32,000 nt of DNA from Acaryochloris thomasi RCC1774 (lineage in GTDB: Bacteria; Cyanobacteriota; Cyanobacteriia; Thermosynechococcales; Thermosynechococcaceae), in assembly GCF_003231495.1 (NCBI RefSeq), contig NZ_PQWO01000002.1, forward strand, positions 300,001 through 332,000, given 5' to 3'. The notes below the pieces were generated by a model, which was not told where the DNA came from, did no database searches, and was given only the letters and a program-made list of their open reading frames with translations. Below are positions 9,220-19,329 of the stretch, piece by piece. Each line of letters starts with the position of its first letter. The stretch's first letter is position 1. A program made the position numbers and the translations under genes.

Positions 9220-9576
9220 ATGTACTATGTTCCTCCCTACATCTTGACGGTGGCAGGCTTTGTTGTTTCTCTTCTCTGTGGCAAGGCCTTTGAGATGGTA
9301 CTCAAGGAGCAGGTGACAAAGTGGTCGCAGGACCGTTCCGGCAGTATTTTGAGCGAGATGCAGAGTTTGTCGTTGGTGCTGCCTTATGTTGGAATCAGCA
9401 TGGGTATCTTAATCTTTCTCGGGAGTGGATTAATGCTGTTTGGGTTCACCATTGGGCTGAGCTTCTTGATTGCCCTGCCTATGACCCTTGTAACCGCTGT
9501 TCTAATTTGGTCCCAACTGCGAAAATTGTTGATCCAGCTAGAAGAGGGTGGATCCAAGGCTCTAGAATATAAGTAG
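9220..9576 (+). CDS. Hypothetical membrane protein (118 aa, ~3 TM)
   Basis: An ORF with clear hydrophobic segments. No family recognised. Confidence 0.5.
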   Translation: MYYVPPYILTVAGFVVSLLCGKAFEMVLKEQVTKWSQDRSGSILSEMQSLSLVLPYVGISMGILIFLGSGLMLFGFTIGLSFLIALPMTLVTAVLIWSQLRKLLIQLEEGGSKALEYK

Positions 9577-9601
9577 CGCCCTCCAGTAGAGATATTGTTC
9601 A

Positions 9602-10249
9602 ATGCAAACTCAAGATCGTCCGGCTGTAGACCGTTCTAGCCTTCAGGATTCGTTGTCTGCCAACCGTACCGCAACGGTTAAGAGAACGACGAAAGAAACG
9701 GATATCGCCGTCACTCTGAACTTGGATGGTCAGGGTCAAGCGAATAACCAGACAGGTGTTCCGTTCTTAGATCATATGCTTGACCAGATCAGCTCTCACA
9801 GCTTGATCGATCTGAACATTCGGGCAACTGGAGATCATGAGATTGATGATCACCATACCAATGAAGACGTCGGAATTACGCTAGGACAGTCGCTGGGAGA
9901 AGCACTAGGCGATCGCAAAGGCATTCATCGCTTCGGCCATTTCTTGGCTCCTTTGGATGAAGCGCTTGTTCAGGTCACCCTTGATTTTTCGGGGCGTCCT
10001 CATTTGAGCTATGGCCTAGAAATTCCCACGCAGCGGGTTGGCACCTATGACACTCAGCTTGTGCGTGAGTTTTTTGTGGCGGTGGTGAATCATAGTCAGA
10101 TGACACTCCATATTCGTCAGCTTGACGGCATTAACTCCCACCATATTATTGAAGCCACCTTTAAAGCTTTTGCTCGTGCCCTGCGGATGGCGATCGCAAT
10201 TGATCCGCGACGATCACAGGCGATTCCTAGCTCCAAAGGTGTGCTTTAG
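9602..10249 (+). CDS. hisB: Imidazoleglycerol-phosphate dehydratase HisB
   Basis: [23 protein letters not shown]...H, D.HHT.ED.GI.LG and [16 protein letters not shown] are canonical IGPD motifs. Confidence 0.97.
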   Translation: MQTQDRPAVDRSSLQDSLSANRTATVKRTTKETDIAVTLNLDGQGQANNQTGVPFLDHMLDQISSHSLIDLNIRATGDHEIDDHHTNEDVGITLGQSLGEALGDRKGIHRFGHFLAPLDEALVQVTLDFSGRPHLSYGLEIPTQRVGTYDTQLVREFFVAVVNHSQMTLHIRQLDGINSHHIIEATFKAFARALRMAIAIDPRRSQAIPSSKGVL

Positions 10250-10261
10250 CTGTTGTTACTT

Positions 10262-10462
10262 TTACTCTTCTTCTTCTCCGGCAAGCATGAGTGGCTCAAG
10301 TAAGTCATCTTCATCTTGAGACCAAGCGAAGTTGTCGTCTTCGCCTTGAATAAATCGGCCTGTCTGCTCAATCCAGTTGAAAATTGAAACATCGGCATTG
10401 GATGCGAGCATGGGGCTCACCTGATGGCGAGGTTGAGAATGCAAAGAGGGGTTGGAAATCAT
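10262..10462 (-). CDS. Hypothetical small acidic protein (66 aa, or 49 aa from the internal Met)
   Basis: ORF only, with a C-terminal acidic tail (EDDLLEPLMLAGEEEE). Coding status is uncertain. Confidence 0.3.
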   Translation of the reverse strand: MISNPSLHSQPRHQVSPMLASNADVSIFNWIEQTGRFIQGEDDNFAWSQDEDDLLEPLMLAGEEEE

Positions 10463-10615
10463 AGCAACACATGTCTAGGACGTTATAAAGGGGGTTAAAT
10501 AAAATTTGCCCCGATTCGTTGCTTGATTTATCAGTGCTTCTACCCAACTTTTAGCAAAAATAGCTTGAATCCCGGCTTGGCTGTATCAAATCAATAGAGA
10601 CAGCTCTGTAGATAC

Positions 10616-10692
10616 AGAATAGCTCCAGGCGATGCATCATCCTTGAGTGTGAACATTCAAGGATGATGCATCGCCTGGAGCTATTCTTTTTT
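10616..10692. terminator. Very long perfect hairpin with a T6 tract. It is a probable terminator or RNA-stabilising stem-loop at the 3' end of the atp operon.
   Basis: The arms agaatagctccaggcgatgcatcatccttga (10616-10646) and tcaaggatgatgcatcgcctggagctattct (10657-10687) are exact reverse complements over 31 bp. Three further pairs are possible into the loop, leaving a tgaa tetraloop. On the + strand the hairpin runs into T6 (10687-10692). It lies 45 nt beyond the atpC stop, and atpC is on the - strand. Confidence 0.6.
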
Positions 10693-10732
10693 GATTTCGA
10701 ACGTAAGGTAGACGCTGAGGGCGGCTTCTCTC

Positions 10733-11680
10733 TTAATTCAGTGCTTCTGCACCGCCTACAACTTCAAGCAACTCTTGGGTAATCGCTGCCTGACGAGCCT
10801 TGTTATAGGTCAATGTCAACGTTCCAATTAATTCGCTGGCGTTTTCGCTAGCGTTGTTCATTGCCGTCATCCGAGCTGCTAATTCGCTAGCGGCAGATTC
10901 CTGCAGTGAACGGAGCAGTTGGTTGTTGAGATATAGAGGCAGCAGGGCATCTAAGATTTGAACTGGATTCTGCTCAAAAATCATATCAGAAGCCATGGCC
11001 TGCGGCGTGCGGGTGACCTGCTCGCGCTCGACTTCAAACTGGCCGCCCCGAGTAGTGAGCCGGAAGATCTCATCATCAGAAACCTCTAGACCCTGAGGGT
11101 CGAGGGGTAATAACGTCTGAATAACAGGCCGTGAGCTGACAAGGGATAGAAATCGAGTGTAAATTAACTCAACGCGGTCCACTGTGTCTGACAGAAAAAG
11201 AGACAGCAGTTCATCACCGATGTTTGAAGCCTCTTCTGCTGTAGGAATTTGCTCTAGGTTGCTATAGGTTGCGTCAATGGGTTGCTCTCGCCGCTGGAAA
11301 TATTGAATTGCCTTGCGGCCCACTAGCACGAAGGTGTAATCAATGCCCGTGGCTTGCAGCTCCTTAGAGCGCTCTTCAGCGCGCCGGATGACGTTGGAGT
11401 TATAGGCACCACAGAGGCCACGATCTCCGGTGACGACCAGCAGCGCTACCTTCTTAACTTCACGCTGTCTCAGCAGCGGTAAGTCTGCTTCTTCAAAGCG
11501 AAGACGAGCCTGGAGGCCATAGAGAACCTGAGCTAGGCGGTCGGCAAAGGGGCGGGTCGAAAGAACCTGCTCTTGGGCGCGACGTACTTTAGCTGCAGCC
11601 ACTAGCCGCATCGCTTCAGTAATCTTCTTGGTATTTTTGACCGTGGAGATGCGATCGCGAATCGCTTTTAGATTTGCCAT
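10733..11680 (-). CDS. atpC: F1 ATP synthase gamma subunit (atpC in cyanobacterial nomenclature)
   Basis: [35 protein letters not shown] at the N-terminus and [20 protein letters not shown] at the C-terminus. It is the last gene of the atp1 operon. Confidence 0.97.
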   Translation of the reverse strand: MANLKAIRDRISTVKNTKKITEAMRLVAAAKVRRAQEQVLSTRPFADRLAQVLYGLQARLRFEEADLPLLRQREVKKVALLVVTGDRGLCGAYNSNVIRRAEERSKELQATGIDYTFVLVGRKAIQYFQRREQPIDATYSNLEQIPTAEEASNIGDELLSLFLSDTVDRVELIYTRFLSLVSSRPVIQTLLPLDPQGLEVSDDEIFRLTTRGGQFEVEREQVTRTPQAMASDMIFEQNPVQILDALLPLYLNNQLLRSLQESAASELAARMTAMNNASENASELIGTLTLTYNKARQAAITQELLEVVGGAEALN

Positions 11681-11690
11681 CTATATCCCC

Positions 11691-13208
11691 CTAGGCCGAA
11701 GCCGCGAAGGTTTTCTTGAAGTCAGCAATTGCCGACTTCAAAATCCCTTCGGCTTCATCGCCCATTTTCTTCTCAGAGCGCACCAGTTCACCAAATTTAG
11801 GCTGACTATTTTTGAGATAGTCACGCATTCCCGAAATGAACGCTGTTACTTTATCCACATCGACATCGTCGAGGTAGCCGTTGGTGCCCGCATAGATAAG
11901 CGCTACTTGCTCCTCAACGGGGATTGGAGAATACTGCGATTGCTTCAGCAATTCCCGCAGTCTCTGTCCTCGAGCCAGTTGATTCTGAGTGGCTTTATCC
12001 AAGTCAGAAGCAAACTGCGAGAAGGCCTCTAGCTCAGCGAACTGTGCTAGGTCTAGCTTCAGCTTACCGGCGACCTGCTTCATCGCCTTAATCTGGGCTG
12101 CAGATCCCACGCGAGAAACGGAGACACCCGCGTTGATCGCCGGTCGAAGGCCAGAGTTGAACAGGTCAGAGGACAGGAAGATCTGCCCGTCCGTAATCGA
12201 AATAACGTTGGTGGGAATGTAAGCTGATACGTCACCGGCCTGTGTTTCCACGATGGGAAGTGCGGTCATGCTGCCCTCACCCAACTCGGGGCTGAGCTTG
12301 GCGGCTCGCTCTAGCAGGCGAGAGTGGAGATAGAAAACGTCTCCAGGATAGGCTTCACGACCTGGCGGACGGCGGAGGAGCAGCGACATCTGACGGTAAG
12401 CCTGTGCTTGCTTAGATAGGTCATCGTAGACCACTAGGGTGTGCTTGCCCTTGTACATAAAGTACTCAGCAATAGCGGCACCCGTATAGGGCGCTAGATA
12501 TTGCAGCGTTGCGGGGTCATTGGCGTTGGCTGCGACCACGACCGTATAGTCAAGCGCTCCGTTTTCGCGGAACACGTCTACGACCTGCGCGACGGTGGAT
12601 GCCTTTTGTCCCACAGCCACGTAGACGCAAATGACGTCGCCGCCTTTCTGGTTGAGGATCGTGTCGATGGCCACGGCGGTCTTGCCGGTTTGGCGGTCAC
12701 CAATAATCAGTTCTCGCTGACCACGACCAATAGGAACCATGGAGTCAATGGCTGTAATGCCTGTCTGCATGGGCTCATATACAGATTTCCGCTCAATGAT
12801 GCCAGGGGCCATTGATTCAATCAGGCGGGACTCTGTGGTGTTCAAATCGCCTTTGCCATCAAGGGGACGCGCTAGGGCATCCAGCACTCGACCAATGGAA
12901 GCATCACCCACAGGAATCTGAGCAATTTTGCCGGTGGACTTAACGGAACTGCCTTCTTGCAGACCCCGTCCGTCTCCCATCAGCACCGCACCCACGTTGT
13001 CCTCTTCTAGGTTGAGGGCAATACCGACAGTGCCGTCTTCAAATTCTAGTAGCTCACCGGCCATGGCCTTTTCGAGACCGTAGACGCGGGCAATACCGTC
13101 ACCCACTTGGAGAACGGTACCAACGTTATCAACTTTTACTTTCTGATCGTATTGTTCGATCTGCTGGCGAATGATATTGCTAATTTCGTCAGGTCTGATG
13201 CTTACCAT
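11691..13208 (-). CDS. atpA: F1 ATP synthase alpha subunit
   Basis: Walker A GDRQTGKT, a 505-aa length, and classic alpha-subunit sequence throughout. Confidence 0.98.
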   Translation of the reverse strand: MVSIRPDEISNIIRQQIEQYDQKVKVDNVGTVLQVGDGIARVYGLEKAMAGELLEFEDGTVGIALNLEEDNVGAVLMGDGRGLQEGSSVKSTGKIAQIPVGDASIGRVLDALARPLDGKGDLNTTESRLIESMAPGIIERKSVYEPMQTGITAIDSMVPIGRGQRELIIGDRQTGKTAVAIDTILNQKGGDVICVYVAVGQKASTVAQVVDVFRENGALDYTVVVAANANDPATLQYLAPYTGAAIAEYFMYKGKHTLVVYDDLSKQAQAYRQMSLLLRRPPGREAYPGDVFYLHSRLLERAAKLSPELGEGSMTALPIVETQAGDVSAYIPTNVISITDGQIFLSSDLFNSGLRPAINAGVSVSRVGSAAQIKAMKQVAGKLKLDLAQFAELEAFSQFASDLDKATQNQLARGQRLRELLKQSQYSPIPVEEQVALIYAGTNGYLDDVDVDKVTAFISGMRDYLKNSQPKFGELVRSEKKMGDEAEGILKSAIADFKKTFAASA

Positions 13209-13257
13209 GGGACTTGCTCTGAATTAGGGTTTGCGATTATAGGACAGGGGCGAGCGG

Positions 13258-13812
13258 CTAGGCACTCATAAGGGATGTTGTCATACGACGAAGCTGGCCA
13301 CGAATGCTAGCATCTAGCACTTCGGAACCAATCTTAATAATGACGCCTCCAATCAAATCTTTATCAATGCTGGCGGCTAGCTCAACTTGATTGGCTTCGG
13401 TCATCTGCTGAACCTTCGCGATAATCTGCTGCCGCTGGGACTCATTCAGTTCAATGGCTGAAATGACTTCCGCTAAGATCGTATTGTTGAGTTTACGCAA
13501 CAGAGACTGGTAGTGCCTGCAGATGGCTTCTAACAGAAAAGTCCGGCGGCGATCGACCAGCAGCATTAGAAAATTAAACAGGTAGGGCTGGATTTTAGAT
13601 TGTAAAAGCTGCTCTAAAACGCCCTTCTTCGCCTCTGCTTTGGTCAAAGGATTCGTCAAAAATTCCTTCAAATCGTCCGAAGACTGCAGCATCTCAAGGA
13701 TGCCTCTGACGTCTTCGCCCACTTCATTGGTGATGTTGTTCGACTGAGCGACGGACATGAGAGCTTCGGCGTAAGGCTCTACAATGGCTGCACTCACGGC
13801 ATTCTGGGTCAT
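13258..13812 (-). CDS. atpD: ATP synthase delta (OSCP) subunit (atpD in cyanobacterial nomenclature)
   Basis: Its 184-aa length and its position between b and alpha fit delta. The C-terminal LIGG..IK.G..V.D.S.RGQL pattern is typical of OSCP/delta. Confidence 0.9.
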   Translation of the reverse strand: MTQNAVSAAIVEPYAEALMSVAQSNNITNEVGEDVRGILEMLQSSDDLKEFLTNPLTKAEAKKGVLEQLLQSKIQPYLFNFLMLLVDRRRTFLLEAICRHYQSLLRKLNNTILAEVISAIELNESQRQQIIAKVQQMTEANQVELAASIDKDLIGGVIIKIGSEVLDASIRGQLRRMTTSLMSA

Positions 13813-14360
13813 TAGCTACCTCCCAATAAGGAAATACTGCGGTCGATTAACTTGCTCTGGGCGTCAGAGTCGTTACCCAATCGGGACTCTAATTCGCCTT
13901 CTACCTTCTTCAGAGCTAGCTCAGCCACCCGCTGCCGTAGCTCGGCCATCGCTCGCTCTTCGCTGCTGGTGGTGTCTTGAGAGGCTGAAGCCTTCATCCG
14001 CTCAATCTCTTGCTTGCCCTGGGCTAAAATCTGCTCTTTGGTTGTCTTAGCGCTCTCTGCGGCGTTGGCCAAAATTCGCTTGGCCTCTTCTTGGGCTTGG
14101 GCCAGCTTCTCTTTCTCTTGAGCGAGCTGTGCAGACGCTTTCTTCTGTCGCTCTTCAGCTTCTTTGATTTCAGATGCGATCGCATCTTTCCTCTTCTCTA
14201 AAATGCCGCCCAAAAAGCCGCGACCAAAGTAGACCACCAAAGCGACCACAATCGCCAGGTTAATAACATTGGTTTCCAAAATATCTAGATTAAGGCCAAA
14301 GCCTTCAGCTTCAGCTAGCCTTATGCCAGCCGCTCCGGCCAGCCCATTCAACATCCCCAT
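13812..14360 (-). CDS. atpF: ATP synthase F0 subunit b
   Basis: A single N-terminal TM segment is followed by a long charged coiled coil. It occupies the operon position of b. The TAATG junction overlaps the delta start by 1 nt (13812). Confidence 0.9.
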   Translation of the reverse strand: MGMLNGLAGAAGIRLAEAEGFGLNLDILETNVINLAIVVALVVYFGRGFLGGILEKRKDAIASEIKEAEERQKKASAQLAQEKEKLAQAQEEAKRILANAAESAKTTKEQILAQGKQEIERMKASASQDTTSSEERAMAELRQRVAELALKKVEGELESRLGNDSDAQSKLIDRSISLLGGS

Positions 14361-14408
14361 GATTTATCCTTAACTGCGATGCGGGTTGTGGCTTTACATG
14401 CCGTGTTC

Positions 14409-14825
14409 CTAAACGAGAAGCTTATCGAGAATCTGATTGCTGAGCGTATCGACCTGACCCTCTAGGGTCTGGAATGCGCTCTGCTTCTGCTGCTCTAGCT
14501 CTTGCTGAGCCTGCTGCAGTTCAGCCTGAATTTGCTTTTGGACTTCAGCAATTTCCTGCTGCGCTATCTTCTGAGCTTCTTCCTGGGCAGACGCGATTGT
14601 TGATTGCGACTGACGACGGGTATCGGCGAGTTCTTGTTCATATTGCTCGGCAAGCTTATTCGCCTGATCGAGCTGCTCCTGTGCCCCACTGGTATTCGAG
14701 CGAACGTAGTCTTCTCGATCCGTGATTACCTTCGTCAACGGCTTATAGAAGACGAGGTTCATCACGTACACGAGGGCAAGAAACTGCGCCATCATTAATG
14801 GCAACGTGAGATCAAAATCAAACAT
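14409..14825 (-). CDS. atpG: ATP synthase F0 subunit b-prime (atpG in cyanobacterial nomenclature)
   Basis: MFDFDLTLPLMMAQFLALVYVMN..FYKPL is the typical b-prime N-terminus. A Q/E-rich helix follows. It sits between c and b. Confidence 0.88.
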   Translation of the reverse strand: MFDFDLTLPLMMAQFLALVYVMNLVFYKPLTKVITDREDYVRSNTSGAQEQLDQANKLAEQYEQELADTRRQSQSTIASAQEEAQKIAQQEIAEVQKQIQAELQQAQQELEQQKQSAFQTLEGQVDTLSNQILDKLLV

Positions 14826-14933
14826 GGTCTCGGTGGGTGAACGCTGGGTCAGAATCCAGCAGGAGTTAAATAAGCCTGCCGGTTACGAAAATACTGTCGG
14901 GGAAGCGCTGAGCCTCCCCGACAGTTGCTATGC

Positions 14934-15218
<285 letters not shown>

Positions 15219-15269
15219 TTAACAGCAGCGAGCGCTGAAATTTAGCCTGCCAAATCAGGCAGGGAGGCA

Positions 15270-16046
15270 CTAGTGGGCCTCTTCTTCCCCGTGGCCTTCT
15301 AATGCCTCATGGATGTAGGCTGCGGCCAAGGTCGCAAACACAAGCGCCTGAATTGCACTCGTAAACAGACCCAACATCATCACCGGCAAAGGGACGAACA
15401 GGGGAACCAGTAACACCAAAACAGCGACCACAAGCTCATCTGCAAGGATATTTCCAAACAGACGGAAGCTTAGGGAGAGCGGCTTGGTGAAATCTTCAAG
15501 AATCGCAATGGGCAGCAGGATTGGGGTCGGCTCAATGTACTTGGCAAAGTAGCCTAACCCTTTCTTCCTGAACCCAGCGAAGAAATAGGCGAGGGAGACC
15601 AGCAGCGCCAGGGCAACGGTCGTATTGATGTCGTTGGTGGGAGCTGCTAGCTCACCTTCTGGAATCTCAATGAGCTTCCAGGGCACCAAGGCACCGGACC
15701 AATTTGCCACAAAGATAAACAGAAAGAGTGTCCCGACGAAGGGCACCCAGGGGCGATACTCTTTCTCGCCAATCTGCGCTTTGGTTAAATCCCGCACATA
15801 TTCCAGTGCGTATTCCATGAGATTTTGGATGCCACTGGGAATTCTCTGGATATTCCGAGTCGCGGCAATGGAGGCAATCAGCAACAGACCAATCACAATC
15901 CAAGTATTGATAAATACCTGACCATGAACGGTTTTATCACCAATGTGCCAGTAAAAATGATGCCCGACCTCTAGCTTGGCTAAAGGTAGTGAATCAAAGA
16001 AACCGATGGAATCGAGCAGAAGGCTGCCGTAGTGCATGATGTGCAC
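15270..16046 (-). CDS. atpI: ATP synthase F0 subunit a (atpI in cyanobacterial nomenclature)
   Basis: [17 protein letters not shown] contains the essential Arg. It also has LEVG.HFYW.IG....HGQVF and is multi-TM. The start could be the downstream Met at residue 4. Confidence 0.95.
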   Translation of the reverse strand: MHIMHYGSLLLDSIGFFDSLPLAKLEVGHHFYWHIGDKTVHGQVFINTWIVIGLLLIASIAATRNIQRIPSGIQNLMEYALEYVRDLTKAQIGEKEYRPWVPFVGTLFLFIFVANWSGALVPWKLIEIPEGELAAPTNDINTTVALALLVSLAYFFAGFRKKGLGYFAKYIEPTPILLPIAILEDFTKPLSLSFRLFGNILADELVVAVLVLLVPLFVPLPVMMLGLFTSAIQALVFATLAAAYIHEALEGHGEEEAH

Positions 16047-16099
16047 AACCTCGTTGGAACTTCAAAAAAATTTTGTAGGATCGGCTCAATCTGAAATGA

Positions 16100-16456
16100 T
16101 CAGGCGCGATCGCTTGGCCTAAATACAGTCCGCAGCGTGTACACGATGATGGCGGCTTTGTAAGTTAAAAAACCTAGAAAGACGGGCAACACCTGCAAAT
16201 TATCCCATTGACTGGCCACAATAATGACCCCAACGAAAACCGCCAGTTGGCTTTTGCCCACCGACCCTTGCTCTGTACCAAGCCGCTCGACATTCCGGGC
16301 CAGCAATCCCATGTAGGTCACTCCTGTTAAAGCACCCACCAAAAAGTTGAATGCGATGTCGAGAGAGTAAGCCCACCAAACCGGTCCAATAAAAAGTCCC
16401 GTTAAGATTAGCGTGGTCACCAACAGCTCTTGTTTGAGCTGATAGAACTCATTCAT
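16100..16456 (-). CDS. atp1: ATP synthase protein I (atp1), first gene of the operon
   Basis: From ATG 16456 it gives a 118-aa, 4-TM protein of typical atp1 size, directly upstream of subunit a. The track ORF extends 43 codons further to a TTG (16585), encoding an acidic Ser/Thr-rich extension of uncertain reality. Confidence 0.75.
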   Translation of the reverse strand: MNEFYQLKQELLVTTLILTGLFIGPVWWAYSLDIAFNFLVGALTGVTYMGLLARNVERLGTEQGSVGKSQLAVFVGVIIVASQWDNLQVLPVFLGFLTYKAAIIVYTLRTVFRPSDRA

Positions 16457-16832
16457 TGAGTTACTGGCTTCAGACACCGTCACTGTTTCAGACTCATCTT
16501 CCGTAGAAGATAGCGTTGATTGATCTGGCAAATCTAAAGGGTCCACTGGCTGAGAAATGAGTTCGGATGCGTAACTGCAAGCCAAGGCCGATCATATCAC
16601 GGTCGGGTAACATTACTTAACGAAGAAAAGCAATGATTTTAAAGATCTTTTTATGTGGATCCATTCCCGTGGCTGGCTCCCGTTGCGATCTGTGAGTCTG
16701 TCGTTGCTGATGCCTGAGTGCTGACTATGTGGCGATTAGGGCTGAATGGATGGAACGCTTTGGAAGCCTGAAAGCTTCGCAATGGATTGCGCTAGTTTAG
16801 AGATGTCAATGTAGAGACGGAGGCGCAGGATC

Positions 16833-18380
16833 ATGGAGATTTCCCTCCCCTCACTTGTTCAGCAAATGCTGCAGCCGGAGTTTTATCCCCATCCGGTGGC
16901 TGAGCCGATTAAGCTGCTGCAGACTCATATCTCCTATGTATTTTTGACGGGAGACCATGTCTACAAGGTCAAGAAGTCCATTAAGTTTGGGTTTTTGGAT
17001 TTCTCGACGCTGGCGTTGCGATCGCACTTTTGCCAAGAAGAGCTACGCCTCAACCGCCGCCTTGCCCCCGATCTTTACCTCTCGGTTCTTCCGATCACTC
17101 AGGATCCCAGTACTGCTGAGTTCCATCTCAACGCCTCAGGCTCTGCGGTGGAATACGCTGTCCAGATGCGGCAGTTTCAGCAGAGTGGTCTAGAGCTGTT
17201 TGAGCGGGGCCAGCTCACGGCGGCAACGATGCAGGCTTTGGGTAAGCAGATTGCACACTTTCATCAGATGGCAGCAACCAATGCCGAGATTTGCGCTAAT
17301 GGGAGCGTCGCGTCTGTCTGCGAGATAGACGAAAATAACTTTCAGCTCAGTCTGCCGTTTGTCGGACGAACCCAGACCGAAAGGCAATTTGAGCAGACCT
17401 ATGATTTTATTAAGCGGTTTGTCCATGAACACGAGGATTGGTATGTTCAAAGGCAAGCCGAGGGCAAGATTAGAGACTGTCATGGGGACTTGCATCTGAA
17501 TAATCTGTGTCTGTTTCAGGACAGAATTCAGGTGTTCGACTGCATTGAGTTCAATACAGAGTTCCGTCATATTGACTGCATTTATGACGTGGCCTTTTTG
17601 GTCATGGATCTGGAGTTCCGCAAACGGCCTGATCTCGCTAATGCTTTTTTGAATACCTACCTAGAGCGCACTGGGGATTATTGGGGCGTTGTGATGCTTC
17701 CCCCCTATTTGGCAATGCGGGCCTATATTCGCGGCAATGTGAACTCTTTAGGATTGAATGATTTAGCCATCTCTGCGGAGCAAAAGCAGAGTCTTGAAGA
17801 CGAGGCTCGGGCTTACTACCGCTTGGCTTGGCAATATACGCAGCGCTCCCAGGGAAGATTGTTCTTGATGTCTGGGCTATCAGGCTCTGGCAAGAGTACT
17901 GTGGCTCGTCAGCTTGCGGCTCAGATTAACGCGATTCAGATTCGGTCCGATGCCGTTCGGAAGCATTTAGCAGGTCTTCCGCTAGAGCAAAAGGGGACAG
18001 ATGAGATCTACACGCCTGAGATGACTGAGAAAACCTACGGTCGATTGCTGGAGCTAGGGATGTTTTTGGCTCGGCAGGGATGGTCGGTGATCTTGGATGC
18101 TAAGTATGACCGGCAGGGGTTTAGAGGAGATGCGATCGCATCTGCAAATCAATATAAAATCCCGCTCCAGATTTTGCACTGCACTGCACCGATGGAGGTG
18201 ATTTGCGATCGCCTTCGCCACCGTCGAGGCGATATTGCAGATGCGACAGTGGATTTACTCGCTCAGCAACAACAGCAGGCAGAAATGTTCTCTGAAGAAG
18301 AGCAGAAGTATGTAAATACAATTGCCACGCAAAATGAAATCTCGTTTCCAGAGAAATTTTTTGCGGCAGACAAAGCATAG
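16833..18380 (+). CDS. Fusion protein with an N-terminal aminoglycoside-phosphotransferase/protein-kinase-like domain and a C-terminal P-loop (AAA_33-type) kinase domain. Function unknown.
   Basis: The N-terminal half has CHGDLHLNNL...FDCIEF, the Brenner HxDxxxxN catalytic loop plus a DxxE/F metal-binding region of APH-like kinases. The C-terminal half has Walker A MSGLSGSGKST and a DAKY Walker B-like motif. It is divergent from the atp operon. Confidence 0.85.
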   Translation: MEISLPSLVQQMLQPEFYPHPVAEPIKLLQTHISYVFLTGDHVYKVKKSIKFGFLDFSTLALRSHFCQEELRLNRRLAPDLYLSVLPITQDPSTAEFHLNASGSAVEYAVQMRQFQQSGLELFERGQLTAATMQALGKQIAHFHQMAATNAEICANGSVASVCEIDENNFQLSLPFVGRTQTERQFEQTYDFIKRFVHEHEDWYVQRQAEGKIRDCHGDLHLNNLCLFQDRIQVFDCIEFNTEFRHIDCIYDVAFLVMDLEFRKRPDLANAFLNTYLERTGDYWGVVMLPPYLAMRAYIRGNVNSLGLNDLAISAEQKQSLEDEARAYYRLAWQYTQRSQGRLFLMSGLSGSGKSTVARQLAAQINAIQIRSDAVRKHLAGLPLEQKGTDEIYTPEMTEKTYGRLLELGMFLARQGWSVILDAKYDRQGFRGDAIASANQYKIPLQILHCTAPMEVICDRLRHRRGDIADATVDLLAQQQQQAEMFSEEEQKYVNTIATQNEISFPEKFFAADKA

Positions 18381-18507
18381 GTCCACTGCAATATGGAGGG
18401 CAGAAGCATTAGATCGCTAGTCGCTTGAGACACTCAAGGCACTTGTACTCCGTACTCAATGAAATAATACGAAGAGCAATGTCTGAAAGATCGGTTGGAA
18501 TCAGCTT

Positions 18508-19266
18508 ATGAACTCGATATTTTCGCTCTGTTTGGCTTCTGCTTTTCTACCTGTGGCCTTAAGTAGTGCTGCTATTGCAGAAAACATTGACCCTATTGAA
18601 GTAGTCACCAGCGGCGAACATTGCTCGAAGTCGAAGGAAGTCTTCTACCGTTCTCAAGAATTAAGGTCTCCATCATCTGAGTTTTCTGTTTACTTCAATA
18701 CTGTTCTTCGTCGTACTAGCGGAAGTAAGGTACTTCAGGGTAACAGTCGGGAACTTTGCTTCGGAGGAATTGATACGCCGATTAGCGATTTGATTGAGGT
18801 TGAAGATACGACTCGGACCGTATACAAGCGCCCTCCCGGCGACTGCCATAGCGTGATTTCGCCCAAGTCTTTTTCTGCAGATGGCCGTTACTTAGTAAGT
18901 GAGTACTACGCGAACTGTTCGGGTGATGGTGAAACAGGAATTTCTATTTTCGCGGTTGATACCAACTACAGCCCCATTGATCTCGAGATTGAGTACTGTC
19001 GTCAGTCTGAGTCAAGCCAATATCCAGCAAGCCACATCACATTCAAAGGGTTTATCTCAGCTCTTCAGTTTGTAGTGGAATGTAATGCTCTTTACGGTGA
19101 CTCAGGGGATGGACCTAGTTTATGGAACGAGACTATTGATTTACCCACGAGAGATGTACGTCGGAGGTTGTCACAAGAATTGACGTCTCCCAAGAATTTG
19201 AGGTCCTACGGCACTGTTGTTTCTGAGGGAGAGATTTTCAAAGTGCAGACTTTTCCTGAGCGCTAA
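18508..19266 (+). CDS. Hypothetical secreted protein (252 aa) with a signal peptide and several Cys
   Basis: The N-terminus MNSIFSLCLASAFLPVALSSAAIA-ENI looks like a Sec signal peptide with an AxA cleavage site. No family recognised. Two 60-nt lines counted by hand gave 38% and 45% GC, lower than the flanking genes. Confidence 0.6.
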   Translation: MNSIFSLCLASAFLPVALSSAAIAENIDPIEVVTSGEHCSKSKEVFYRSQELRSPSSEFSVYFNTVLRRTSGSKVLQGNSRELCFGGIDTPISDLIEVEDTTRTVYKRPPGDCHSVISPKSFSADGRYLVSEYYANCSGDGETGISIFAVDTNYSPIDLEIEYCRQSESSQYPASHITFKGFISALQFVVECNALYGDSGDGPSLWNETIDLPTRDVRRRLSQELTSPKNLRSYGTVVSEGEIFKVQTFPER

Positions 19267-19329
19267 ATACAAACTGCACTGTTTTCATTTGTGGTTGCAA
19301 GTGAGTCCGCTAGAGAACAACCTCTCTCA

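Noticed and set aside
11628-12032. Long antisense ORFs inside well-supported genes: 134 aa opposite atpA/atpC, 148 aa at 20421-20867, 144 aa at 24295-24729, 130 aa at 25992-26384 and 112 aa at 28655-28993.
   Set aside because: Each lies entirely within, and opposite to, a gene with strong family motifs. Their translations are Arg/Ser/Pro/Cys-rich low-complexity sequences typical of shadow ORFs in GC-rich coding DNA.
16457-16585. A 43-codon TTG-initiated N-terminal extension of atp1.
   Set aside because: The ATG at 16456 gives a 118-aa protein of the usual atp1 size. The extension is acidic and low complexity and depends on a TTG start. I kept it only as an alternative.
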